In this document: piece by piece, positions 28,471-38,405 of the stretch
Layout of the letters: the number at the start of each line of letters is the position of its first letter
Position numbering within the stretch: position 1 is the stretch's first letter
DNA from: Chthoniobacteraceae bacterium
GTDB lineage: Bacteria > Verrucomicrobiota > Verrucomicrobiia > Chthoniobacterales > Chthoniobacteraceae
Direction of reading: 5' to 3'
DNA: 64,000 nt
Assembly (NCBI GenBank): GCA_031409335.1
Contig: JANNWY010000307.1
Location: 64,001 to 128,000 of the forward strand
Notes under the pieces: generated by a model
What the model saw: only the letters and a program-made list of their open reading frames with translations
What the model was told of the DNA's origin: nothing
Databases searched by the model: none
Program-made: the position numbers and the translations under genes

Positions 28471-31400
28471 ATGAAACCACGCCTCTTCTCCGCCGCTCGC
28501 CGTTCCTTCGCGCTCGCCGGCTCTATCGCCGCCCTGCTCGCCGCGCCTTCCGCCCAAGCCAACAACACTTGGGATGGTGATGCGGGTGGATCTTTCCTTT
28601 GGAGTAACCCCGTAAACTGGGGATCGGATACCCCGCCCGTTTACGGCACGCTCACTTTCTCTGGCTCGATCGGCACCACCAATGTCAACGACAGCATTAC
28701 GTCCATGAACGGACTGCTGTGGACTGGCACAAGTGCGTGGACGCTCAACAACAGCGGCGGCACCATCCTTAGCCTTTTCGACCTCGGTGGCAGCACGCCG
28801 GCGAAAATCGAAAACCAGAGCTCCGGCTTGGTGACCATCAATGCGCCGATCACTTTCGCAGCGACGGCAGGCCCGGTTTGGGGTGAAATCAACGCGGTCA
28901 ATGGCGGCATCACCTTCGGTAGCGGGACTTTGACGGTCAACGGTTCGCAAGTGCAATACATCAAAATGTTCGGCGGCGGGCAGACCACCACCTTCAACAA
29001 CACCGTCAGCGCCACCGGAAAGGCCTTCTACACGACCTCCGGGAGCGGGATGACCATGGCGGTGGGTGGCGCGTTCACTTCGGGTGACATTTTCATCATG
29101 AACGGCAGCACCCTGCGACTCAACAGCGGGGGCAGTATCACGACCAGTCAGTTGCGCCTGGGTGGCGATTTCGGAACGACACTGACGCAAAATCTAGCTC
29201 TGGGCGCGACGTTTGCCCTCACCAATGCGAGCGGTGGCCAAAGCTTTTCCAGCGGAATCAACACGGTTGGTAGCAACACTTCCAACGCGCTGCTCATCGA
29301 TTCTCAAAACACCAGTGGGACGAACACCATCAGCAGCGCGATTGCCCTCGATTCCGGGCTGAGAATCCAGCAGGCGGCGGGCGGATCGCTGACGTTCAGC
29401 GGCGGCAGCATCAATATCAAAGCGCAGACCCTGACCGTTCAGGGTGCCGGGACCACCACCATCAATGAAGTGCTCGGCAGTTCGCTCGGTGCGGGCGGAT
29501 CGCTGGTCAAGACCGGGGCCGGCACGCTGATCCTCCAGGGAATTACCAACAATTACACTGGAACCACCGCAGGCACTCTGAACGCCAACGGCACCCAGAT
29601 CAATCAGGGAACGTTGGGTATCTATGGTGACCTCAGCCTCGGTGTGGCTCCCACTAGCGCCTACAACAACATTCAATTCACCGGCAGCGCCACTCTCCAG
29701 GACACCGCCAACAACATCACGTTGGCCGCGACGCGCAATATCAGCATCGCCGCTGGTGCAACGGCCACTTTTGACAGCCTTGCCAATACGTTCACCATCC
29801 CTGGCGTTATCTCTGGCGCGACCGGTGTGGTCACCAAGATTGGCACCGGCACTCTGACGCTCAACGGTGCAGCCGTGAACACCTTCGCCGGCGGCTTGAA
29901 CGCCAACGGCGGCACCCTGATACTCGACTACTCGAACCTCAGCACCCCGACCGCCACCACCCCGACCAACCTCATTGCTGCCACCAACGCCCTGCAGATC
30001 AACAATGCCACGCTCACCATCACCGGCAAGAGCCTCGCTTCTACCACCACGGCGCAGACTTTCGCGGGCACGACGCTCGGCGCGGGAATCAATACGGTCA
30101 ACATCGCCAAGGGCGCGTTGGGCACTTCCGCCACGCTCACTCTCGGCGCGCTCACGTTGAGCTCCATTTCCCTCACCACCTTCAGCCCGACCACGGCTTG
30201 GACGACTGTGGCATCCGCCACCGAAAGGGTATTCATCTCCGCTGGTGGCAGTGTTAATGGGAGTGCCCTAGTACTTCCCAGCGGTGCCAACACGGCCTTT
30301 GTCAACGCCGGCATGTTTCACCGCGTAGCGGGCGGTGCCGCAGGATCACTCCGCCTGGCCGCCGTGAATTCCAGTGGCCAACTCCTGGATAAAGCAAATG
30401 CCGCGAATGTCGGAACCGCTACTTCTGGCGTTTTAACTGACGCGACTGCTTCTTACCAGTGGAACTCGAGCGTAAACACAACCCTTACGAACACTTCGGC
30501 CACGGCCTACGGATTGTTGCTCAATGGAAACAGCGACTTTCTAACCCTCACCTTGGCAGCCGGTGGCACCTTGACCATTAATTCGATTATCCAGATCAAA
30601 TCCGCTCAAGGATTGACGTTCGCCCCCGGATCAGGAACCAGCAATATCATCATCGGTGCGGAAAGAAACCTGGTCATCGCCATGGACAACTCTTCCTTTG
30701 TGGCCATCACCGCCCCCATCGCCAACAACGGTAGCACCGGAGGCACGGGCGGCACGGCATCTGCCCTCACCATCGCCGGCACCAGCCCGGGCTCGCAGGG
30801 CGCTGTGACCCTAGGCGGTGCAAACACCTACTCCGGTGCCACCACCATCACCCGCGGCACCTTGGCTCTGGGTAACGCGAGCGCCCTGTCAACCACCAGC
30901 GGCCTCACCCTCGGCGGTGCCTCTGCGGCGACGCTTACCAACTCCGGGGACATCAACAACATCGTCATTAACGGGCCGATCACCGCGGCCAACAGCGGCA
31001 TCACCTCCACCATCGCCTACGGCAGAACCACATCCGCTCAGGGGTCGATAAGCTTGCTTGGCGGCATTACGGGCGGCGGGGGCAACGTCACGTTTACCAC
31101 TGTTAGCACCAGCAGTGGCGGCAACGTCCAGACCATCGTGTTGGGCGGTGGGGTCGGCAGCGCCGGCGCTTATGGCGGCAGCACGACCATTACGACCGGC
31201 AACGTCGGCAACTCCATGACGCTCAGGTCCGGAATCGCCAATGCCCTGCCCACGACCACCGTGTTGACCTTCGCTCAGAATAACGGCTCAGGCAGTGGTC
31301 GCACGACGACTTTCGATCTAAACGGCAACAATCAGACGCTCGCCGGTTTGAGCAACACGGGCGTGGTGCCTGAGAATAGAAATATGACTGTGACCAGCGG

Positions 31401-34400
31401 AAGCGCAGCCACGCTGACCATCAACAGCACAGCCAACCACACCTTCGGCGGCAGAACGATTTCCACAGTGCAAACCACTGTCGGCACCAACACGAGAGCT
31501 CAAATTGCGGGGGCCATCTCCCTGATAAAGAATGGGGCGGGCACGTTCACCTTGGGCGGCACCCTGGCCGGTGGTGCCGTGGCGGCCGGCAACACCTTCA
31601 CCGGCAGCACCCAGATCCTGGCAGGCATCCTGGTGCTGGGTGAGACCCTTTCAATCCAGAGCAGCGCCTTCGACACGGGGAGCGTTTTGGGTGATACCAA
31701 CAACGGTCTTCGCGCCGGCATCGGCGGCACCGGCGTCACCACCCTGACCCTCGGCGGTCTCACCGGCGGCAACAGCTTCGCCAGTCGCTTCACCAGCACC
31801 ACCGGTGGCTACACCGGCTTGACCGACCTCACGCTCAATCCAGGCACCGGAGTCACCCACACCTACTCCGGCGACGTCGGCAATGGAGCTGGCGCCATGG
31901 CCCTCACCAAGTCCGGCGCGGGCACCCATGTCCTTTCCGGAACCAATACTCACACCGGCGGAACCAACATCAGCGCAGGCACGCTGTCCTTTGCCAATGG
32001 AGCGCTTGGCACGACTGGCAACATCACCTTCACCGGCAACAGCACTCTGCAATGGAACGGCGCCAACACGCAGGATATCTCCGCCCGCCTAGTGATGTCC
32101 ACCGGCGTGACCTCCACCCTCGACACCAACAACAACAATGTGACGCTTGCCACGGGCTTCGGTAGTTCGAGCACGGGCGCGCTGACCAAGGTCGGCTCCG
32201 GCATCCTCACCCTTTCCGGAATCAACACCTACTCTGGCGCCACCACGATTGCAAGTGGTGGTGGCACGCTGCGCCTCGAAAATATCGCCGCCGTGTCAGC
32301 CTCCAGCGGAGTAACTCTCCTTGGAACCGGTGCCAATGCCACCGTCCTGCAATTTGCCACCAATACCCCGTTCGCAGGTTTCCCGCAAATCACCCATGGC
32401 TTTTCAAGCTCGTCGGGGGGCACCATTGTTTCAGATCGCTTGACCACAGGCGGTGGCCTCGTCCAAGTGCTTGGAAATGCATCACTCGGCAACGTTCAGA
32501 TCAATTTCACTCAGGGGAGTCTCGTGAACGATACCGGAGCCGCTGGGATTTCACTTGGCAATGTCACCTTTGATACGTCCACCTCCGGAGGCAGCACGAC
32601 ATTCAACCCGACCACGGCCAATCTCATCATCACGGGCACTGTCGCAGGTGGGGCCAGCGCCCTTGGTTCCCACACCATGGTTTTGGGTGGAACCAGCTTA
32701 GGAAACCTCGTCAGCGGGAACATCACCAATGGATCAAGGCCCACCCAGAACCTCACCAAATCCGGCATCAGCACCTGGGTGCTCTCCGGCACCGGGAGCA
32801 ATTACAACGGTGCGACTACCATCAGCGGCGGCACGCTCGCCGGCATCGGAGCCAACGCCTTCGGCAACACCACGGGCATCAGCATCGCAGCGGCCTCCAG
32901 TGCCACCCTCAGCCTGCGCGGCGATGCCAGCACTAACTTCGTCCGCGCCATAGACAGCGTGCCCTACTCAGTGACCACCACGGCCAACGGCGCGACCATC
33001 AACGTGGACGCTGCGACCGGAGTCACCACCCCCAAGACCATGACCATCGGCACGCTGCTGCTGAACACCGCCATCACCAACGGCACCACGTTCACTGGAG
33101 CCAACAACACTAGCCTGAGCATCGGAGCCGTGACGACCGGAAACTCTGTCAGCGGCACCGAGACCCTGACGAACAGTATTTCCAGCAGCGGCACCCTCAC
33201 GCTGGCCAGTGTCTCCGTGCTGCGCACGACAGCCCCGACCCTGAAATTCGATGGCGCTGGCAACACCACCGTCACTGGAGCAATCACCGAGTCCGCCCCC
33301 ACAGCTCTGACCAAGGAAGGTGCTGGGACGCTTACCCTCACTGGCAGCAACAGCTACACGGGCACGACCACGGTCACGCTTGGCACGCTGAAACTCGACC
33401 GGGCCGCGGCGGACAACAACACCATCGCCACCGATGGACTCACCGCCACCACCTCGGACATCCTCATCAATGGCGGCACCTTGGAGCTGGCCGCCAGCGA
33501 GCAGATCGCCAACACCGGCTCGATCAACATGACCAGTGGTGCCTTCAACTTCGGCGCGGCCACCGGCAAGACCGAGACCATCGACAAGTTCAGTAACAGC
33601 GGCGGCGCGTTCACCACCGGAGCGAACACCCTCATCGGTCTCGGCGCCACCATCACCTGGTCGGGCGGCACCAACACCGTCAGCGCCGGCGGCAACGTCC
33701 AAGACGGCCACATCGTCATCAGCGGCGGAACGAACACCGTGGAAGGTGGAGCCACCGGCGGCGTATTGGAGCTGCTTAGCACCTCACCGGCCTTGCTGGA
33801 AATGTCCGCCGGCAGCACCCTGACCCTGAACTCCGATAATGGCGTGGCCGGCAAGCTTCTGCTCAGGGGCAATGTCAGCACCAGTGGCGACTCCACCGTG
33901 ACCATCGCCAGCGGCCTGGCGCTGACCAACAAGGGGAACATCGATCTGGATGGGCCAAGCGCGCGCACCTTCACCGTCGCGGAAGGCGCAGCGGCCACCG
34001 ATCTCGCGATCAGCGCGGTCATCACCAACGGGGCATTGACCAAGGCAGGCGCGGGCACGATGGCCCTGACCGCCGTGAATACCTACACTGGCACGACGCT
34101 GGTGAGCAACGGAACCTTGAGCGTGGACAACAACAATACCACGACCTTTGGCAAGATCACCGGCAGTGCGGCGGCGGCGTCCATCACCGTGAACAATGGC
34201 GGGACGCTGCTGCTGGCCGGAGCGGGGAACAATGACCGCATCGCCAACGCCGCTGGGGTGACGCTGGCTGGCGGGACGCTGGGTCTGGCCGCGGGAGTGA
34301 ATGTCAGTGAAGGGGTGGCAATGGAGAAGAACGCCGGGGTGCTGACGGTGGGCACGAGCAGTGTGGGTCTGGGCTTGCTGACCTTGTCGGCCAACTCGAC

Positions 34401-34764
34401 GCTGGACTTTGGCACGGGCGGCGTGGGGACGCTGGTCTTCACGACCTTTGCGCCCGGCGCTTTCACCCTGAACATCCTCAACTACACCAGCGTTGCGAGC
34501 GGCTACGATCTGAACCAAAGCGGCCTTACGGCCAGCGACGACCGGCTGATTTTCCAACACGATATCAGCACCGCGGGATTCCTGAATCAGATCACCTTCA
34601 ACGGAGTCGGCGCGTCGCAAATCTCGCTCGATAGCGGCTACTTTGAAATCGTGCCCGTGCCGGAGCCATCGAGCGTCGCGACCGTGATGGGGCTGCTCGG
34701 GCTCGTCGGCTGGCGCGAACGGCAGCGGGGACAGCGGGCGCGGCGCGTCGAACGCTTGGGGTGA
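28471..34764 (+). CDS. Large PEP-CTERM protein with PATR repeats (2097 aa)
   Basis: Signal peptide ending AQA; many PATR repeats; VPVPEP-TM-RERQR. Confidence 0.94.
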   Translation: MKPRLFSAARRSFALAGSIAALLAAPSAQANNTWDGDAGGSFLWSNPVNWGSDTPPVYGTLTFSGSIGTTNVNDSITSMNGLLWTGTSAWTLNNSGGTILSLFDLGGSTPAKIENQSSGLVTINAPITFAATAGPVWGEINAVNGGITFGSGTLTVNGSQVQYIKMFGGGQTTTFNNTVSATGKAFYTTSGSGMTMAVGGAFTSGDIFIMNGSTLRLNSGGSITTSQLRLGGDFGTTLTQNLALGATFALTNASGGQSFSSGINTVGSNTSNALLIDSQNTSGTNTISSAIALDSGLRIQQAAGGSLTFSGGSINIKAQTLTVQGAGTTTINEVLGSSLGAGGSLVKTGAGTLILQGITNNYTGTTAGTLNANGTQINQGTLGIYGDLSLGVAPTSAYNNIQFTGSATLQDTANNITLAATRNISIAAGATATFDSLANTFTIPGVISGATGVVTKIGTGTLTLNGAAVNTFAGGLNANGGTLILDYSNLSTPTATTPTNLIAATNALQINNATLTITGKSLASTTTAQTFAGTTLGAGINTVNIAKGALGTSATLTLGALTLSSISLTTFSPTTAWTTVASATERVFISAGGSVNGSALVLPSGANTAFVNAGMFHRVAGGAAGSLRLAAVNSSGQLLDKANAANVGTATSGVLTDATASYQWNSSVNTTLTNTSATAYGLLLNGNSDFLTLTLAAGGTLTINSIIQIKSAQGLTFAPGSGTSNIIIGAERNLVIAMDNSSFVAITAPIANNGSTGGTGGTASALTIAGTSPGSQGAVTLGGANTYSGATTITRGTLALGNASALSTTSGLTLGGASAATLTNSGDINNIVINGPITAANSGITSTIAYGRTTSAQGSISLLGGITGGGGNVTFTTVSTSSGGNVQTIVLGGGVGSAGAYGGSTTITTGNVGNSMTLRSGIANALPTTTVLTFAQNNGSGSGRTTTFDLNGNNQTLAGLSNTGVVPENRNMTVTSGSAATLTINSTANHTFGGRTISTVQTTVGTNTRAQIAGAISLIKNGAGTFTLGGTLAGGAVAAGNTFTGSTQILAGILVLGETLSIQSSAFDTGSVLGDTNNGLRAGIGGTGVTTLTLGGLTGGNSFASRFTSTTGGYTGLTDLTLNPGTGVTHTYSGDVGNGAGAMALTKSGAGTHVLSGTNTHTGGTNISAGTLSFANGALGTTGNITFTGNSTLQWNGANTQDISARLVMSTGVTSTLDTNNNNVTLATGFGSSSTGALTKVGSGILTLSGINTYSGATTIASGGGTLRLENIAAVSASSGVTLLGTGANATVLQFATNTPFAGFPQITHGFSSSSGGTIVSDRLTTGGGLVQVLGNASLGNVQINFTQGSLVNDTGAAGISLGNVTFDTSTSGGSTTFNPTTANLIITGTVAGGASALGSHTMVLGGTSLGNLVSGNITNGSRPTQNLTKSGISTWVLSGTGSNYNGATTISGGTLAGIGANAFGNTTGISIAAASSATLSLRGDASTNFVRAIDSVPYSVTTTANGATINVDAATGVTTPKTMTIGTLLLNTAITNGTTFTGANNTSLSIGAVTTGNSVSGTETLTNSISSSGTLTLASVSVLRTTAPTLKFDGAGNTTVTGAITESAPTALTKEGAGTLTLTGSNSYTGTTTVTLGTLKLDRAAADNNTIATDGLTATTSDILINGGTLELAASEQIANTGSINMTSGAFNFGAATGKTETIDKFSNSGGAFTTGANTLIGLGATITWSGGTNTVSAGGNVQDGHIVISGGTNTVEGGATGGVLELLSTSPALLEMSAGSTLTLNSDNGVAGKLLLRGNVSTSGDSTVTIASGLALTNKGNIDLDGPSARTFTVAEGAAATDLAISAVITNGALTKAGAGTMALTAVNTYTGTTLVSNGTLSVDNNNTTTFGKITGSAAAASITVNNGGTLLLAGAGNNDRIANAAGVTLAGGTLGLAAGVNVSEGVAMEKNAGVLTVGTSSVGLGLLTLSANSTLDFGTGGVGTLVFTTFAPGAFTLNILNYTSVASGYDLNQSGLTASDDRLIFQHDISTAGFLNQITFNGVGASQISLDSGYFEIVPVPEPSSVATVMGLLGLVGWRERQRGQRARRVERLG

Positions 34765-34892
34765 ACAATTTCGACCGAGGAAGGAAGGAGTGGCGGCAGT
34801 TTTCTTGACGGGGGACTGCCACTCTCAAGTGGGAAAAGACGAAAGCCGCGTGCGGTTGCTCGAACGTGAGCAACCCGGTCGTCGCGCCTTTC
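34759..34892 (+). repeat. Conserved 3' structured element, copy 3 (third hairpin remodelled)
   Basis: GAGTGGC/GCCACTC stem around TTCTTGACGGG. Base GAAAGCCGCG..CGCGCCTTTC encloses a new GGTTGCTC/GAGCAACC stem. Confidence 0.82.
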
Positions 34893-34999
34893 CGCGCAGG
34901 CGCGAGGATGAAAATCTCGCCCGGTTTCGGCGCAGGCAATACCCATTCGCCATTGAGATCGGGCCGATCGGGAATGCCAGCGCGCGAGGGGAGCAGCAG

Positions 35000-35065
35000 A
35001 GTAGTCCACGACTTTAGTCGGCTAAACCGAGGCCACGTCTTGGCCGACTGAAGTCGTGGACTACT
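35000..35065. repeat. GTAG-type REP doublet (REPIN-like palindrome)
   Basis: GTAGTCCACGACTTTAGTCGGC ... GCCGACTGAAGTCGTGGACTAC; ~22-bp stem. Confidence 0.85.
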
Positions 35066-35103
35066 TTCGCAAGCGCCGTACGAGGGGTGTCTCGCTGGAA
35101 AGC

Positions 35104-35150
35104 TTGAACGCGCGGTGCAGTCGCGGGATCGGTGCTCCGCCGAAGCGGCA
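35104..35150 (+). repeat. 47-bp direct repeat, copy B
   Basis: 42/47 identical to 26767-26813. Confidence 0.85.
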
Positions 35151-35517
35151 GCAATCGGGCAACCGTCATTTCCGGCTGCGTTCACGGTTTGCCATGCCGT
35201 GGGAAGTGTCGCCAAGCCCTGCCACCGGGTGCTGCCCGCACCCGCGATTCCGTGACGCGACGGAACCCACTGCATCGCTGAAAAAACTTGGCCCGCCCCG
35301 GTTTTCACCGAAGCGGGCCGTTATCCCGTCATGTGATTCACGGTGTCTCACGACAGCGCGATCTCCACACGACGCCAAGTTCGTTCCCGGCAGATCCCCC
35401 GAGCCACCGAGAACGATCACATCGTCCTCCGCGGCACCGATGCGCTCAATCCAAGGTTTGTAACATTCCGACGACACAAGCGGTCGCTGGAGCCCGCCCC
35501 ACGCCGAGGCGATGCGA

Positions 35518-35545
35518 TGTGAAGAAAGCCGCTCTTTTTTTCACA
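35518..35545. terminator. Possible terminator-like hairpin
   Basis: TGTGAAGAAAG-ccgct-CTTTTTTTCACA. Confidence 0.35.
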
Positions 35546-35644
35546 GAAACCGGCACGGTGTTTCGACGCCAAAGATCGAAGTGGCTCCCAACCGAGAGTG
35601 ATTATACTGCCGCGCATCAAGTTTTGTGAACTGGGCCTGCGTCC

Positions 35645-35785
35645 TTTGGCGTTTGGCGTTTGACGTTTGGAGTTTGGAGTTTAGCCCCGCGCAGCGGCCT
35701 CGCGGTTGTTCACCCGTCATCCGAAGCGATGGCGCTTGCAGCGGGCCAAACGCCAAACGCCAAACTTCAAACGCCAAACTTCAAA
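35645..35785. repeat. Inverted heptamer-repeat element (TTTGGCG x5 ... CAAACGC x5)
   Basis: Tandem 7-mers in inverted arms around a self-complementary core. Confidence 0.85.
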
Positions 35786-35957
35786 TCATGCCACTGCCCA
35801 ATTTTCCAAAAACTTCATGCGTGGCAGTATAATCTCCGCTGTCCCTCCGGGACAAAGAGCGAGCGCCGTGTTTGCACCACATCCAATCACACCCATGCAG
35901 GTGAAACTGGACGCGGTGATTTCCATCGCATTAGTGTCGCGCCTTTCACCGCAAACC

Positions 35958-36533
35958 ATGCGCACCACCGCTCCAGAAAAAATCCTGAAGATCATCGACG
36001 ACATCGACGCGCAGGGAAACGCATCGCTGACCCGCCTGACGGTGTTGAAAAAATGGTTCGAGCATCCGGGCCGGCTGTCCGCCTTTGGGCTGTGGATCGC
36101 GCGCATGGCAGCAGGCCGGAAGGGCAAGACGAAGGGCAAGGCGGGCGCGCTGTTGGACGAAACGCGCGCTTTGCTCGGTTCCCCGGCGACACGGGAGAGT
36201 TACTTCCAAAAGATCAACTGGAATTCGGCGAAGAGCTTGCACGGCCGGGCGCGGGATTTTCACAGCGACTTCCAGAAGCAGCAATGGGGGCCGGTGCGGA
36301 TCATCCACTGCTGGCCGCTGCTGCTGGTCGAGGAAGGGCTGGCGCTCTATCTGGGATGGACGAAATCGCCGAGTGACGGCTACAAGCTGGCTGCCGACTG
36401 GACGAAGAACTACGACTCCCGCTACGGCGATGGCCTGAACGGTCCCAGCTCCGGCAAGCTCAAGGAACTTGTGCAGTTCATGTTCACCGTCGAAGCGATC
36501 CAGGAGGACCAATCACGCGAGAAGGGTGGTTGA
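35958..36533 (+). CDS. Hypothetical alpha-helical protein
   Basis: Protein-like composition and codon bias from MRTTAPEK. No family recognised. Start could be 35895. Confidence 0.75.
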   Translation: MRTTAPEKILKIIDDIDAQGNASLTRLTVLKKWFEHPGRLSAFGLWIARMAAGRKGKTKGKAGALLDETRALLGSPATRESYFQKINWNSAKSLHGRARDFHSDFQKQQWGPVRIIHCWPLLLVEEGLALYLGWTKSPSDGYKLAADWTKNYDSRYGDGLNGPSSGKLKELVQFMFTVEAIQEDQSREKGG

Positions 36534-36578
36534 ATCCGCACTTCTGCGAGGGCACACCGCGGCCGCGGACGTTCCCAC

Positions 36579-37766
36579 TCAATCGTAGAGCAAGGTCATA
36601 TGACGCCGGTGCTCGAACGCGGCCTCTTCTTTCGCCCACTCCGGCAGCAGATCGCGCCACGGTTTTCCCACATCGAGATGCTCGCGTTCGCGTGATGAGC
36701 CAAACAGCAGGTCGATCGCGATCGGCTTTTTCTTGAACTCGTAAACCTCGCCGCGCCACGCGAATTGCGCGCCCGACATTTCCCGGATCACCGCGAGCAG
36801 TGCGAGGCTCGCGCGCACTGGCTGGAAGGTGGCGCGATCGGTCACGTGCAATTGCACGCCGCCGCAGTCCTTGTCCTTGTGCTTTTGAAAAGTCGGGCGG
36901 AACCACAGCGCGCGGAACCGCACGCCAGGCAGTTTTTCGTCCTCCATCCGCCGCGCGAGCTTCGTCGCATCCAGCCACGGCGCGCCGCAGATCTCGAAAG
37001 GCCGCGTCGTGCCGCGACCCTCGCTGAGATTCGTGCCTTCAAAGAGACACTGCCCCGGATAGACCACGGCAGTTTCCAGCGTCGGCATGTTTGGCGAAGG
37101 CAGCACCCACGGCAGGCCGGTTTCGTCGAAATATTGCGCGCGCTTCCAGCCTTCGCACGGCACGACGTACAGCTCCCCGCGATCGAGATTCAGCTCGCGC
37201 TGATAGAGCATCGCCAGCTCACCCATCGTCAATCCGTGGCGCGTCGCGATGTCATGAATTCCCACGAAACTCTCGAACCCGGCCCGCAGCGCCGGCCCCT
37301 CGACCGCCACGCCGCCGAGCGGATTCGGGCGATCGAGCACCCACACTTTCATCCCGCGCGAAAGCGCCGCATCAAGGCAATACCGCATCGTCGCCTGAAA
37401 CGTGTAGTAGCGGCTCCCCACATCCTGCATGTCGATCACCAGCGCATCGAGCTCCTTCATTTGCTCCTCGGTCGGCCGCAGGCTCTCCGGCTTCGTGCCA
37501 TACAAACTATGCACCGGCACCGCCGCCGGCACCTTCGACTCCGCACTCGTGATCCCAATCAAATCCTGCGCCTGCCCCAGCAAGCCATGCTCCGGCCCAA
37601 AGATCGCGCCGAGCTTCACGCCCGGTGCCGTCGAAAAAAGATCAATCGCGTGCCGCAACTGCGCATCCACCGCCGCCGGATGCGTGACCAAGCCGACACG
37701 CAAGCCCCGCAACGGAGCGAATTCCTGCGCGACGAGAACATCAAGACCGGAGCGGACTTTGGGCAT
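36579..37766 (-). CDS. namZ: Exo-beta-N-acetylmuramidase NamZ (DUF1343)
   Basis: FGPEHG, SLYG, DMQDVGSRYYTF, VLDRPNP, RHGLTMGELA, PSPNMP and SEGRGTTRPFE. Confidence 0.93.
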   Translation of the reverse strand: MPKVRSGLDVLVAQEFAPLRGLRVGLVTHPAAVDAQLRHAIDLFSTAPGVKLGAIFGPEHGLLGQAQDLIGITSAESKVPAAVPVHSLYGTKPESLRPTEEQMKELDALVIDMQDVGSRYYTFQATMRYCLDAALSRGMKVWVLDRPNPLGGVAVEGPALRAGFESFVGIHDIATRHGLTMGELAMLYQRELNLDRGELYVVPCEGWKRAQYFDETGLPWVLPSPNMPTLETAVVYPGQCLFEGTNLSEGRGTTRPFEICGAPWLDATKLARRMEDEKLPGVRFRALWFRPTFQKHKDKDCGGVQLHVTDRATFQPVRASLALLAVIREMSGAQFAWRGEVYEFKKKPIAIDLLFGSSREREHLDVGKPWRDLLPEWAKEEAAFEHRRHMTLLYD

Positions 37767-37817
37767 GGCGGCGAGGTATCAGCGTTCGCGGAAAATGGCG
37801 AGCGGAAGCAGCGCGCG

Positions 37818-38405
37818 TTACCCGCCTGCGTGCGCCCGAATTTCATCCACGACCCGGGCCGACTCGACGATCATCGCAGGCTGATAGTCCATCGCCGCCA
37901 GCCGACGTTCGATCGCCTGCCCGTCGATGCGTCCGGCACGAAGCAGCGCGCTGACGACGCTGATGTCCTTCATGCCGCGATCCACTCCGCCACGTCCCAT
38001 GCGGATGGAAAGCCGCGCGCCCGCCGTCGCGGCGATTTTCGACACAGCCATGTCCACGGGATCGAGGGCGAAGACGCGCTCGAATCCCGGCATCGGCACA
38101 AGCCGCTCCCGCCAGCCTGCGGGGAAATTTTCCGAAACGCGCAGATCCACGAAATCGCCGTAGTAACCGGTGGCGTCGTGGAATTCGTGGTCTTTCCCGA
38201 GGCTCTCCAGCAGCCGCGCGCGCAATCCTGCATCGTCGGGATCGAGCAGAAAATCCGCGTCGAGGGTGACTTCGACACCGAGCCGCGCCGGTGGATCGGC
38301 TGGGAATGAGGCGAAGAGCGAGGACGATCCGAAAAGAATGATCCGCTGCTCCGGGACGATCGCCTGCACACGACCGATGAGTTGAGTCAATGACTCGATG
38401 TCCAC
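37818..38405 (-). CDS. DUF6036-like nucleotidyltransferase (putative toxin)
   Basis: ILFGSSSL, DAD, FH..TGYY, P.GWRERL, LDPVDMAVSK and KD. GTG start overlaps the upstream gene end. Confidence 0.8.
   Translation of the reverse strand: MDIESLTQLIGRVQAIVPEQRIILFGSSSLFASFPADPPARLGVEVTLDADFLLDPDDAGLRARLLESLGKDHEFHDATGYYGDFVDLRVSENFPAGWRERLVPMPGFERVFALDPVDMAVSKIAATAGARLSIRMGRGGVDRGMKDISVVSALLRAGRIDGQAIERRLAAMDYQPAMIVESARVVDEIRAHAGG

Noticed and set aside
35166..35477. Small minus-strand ORF of 103 aa
   Set aside because: No recognisable motif and weak codon bias; left uncalled.
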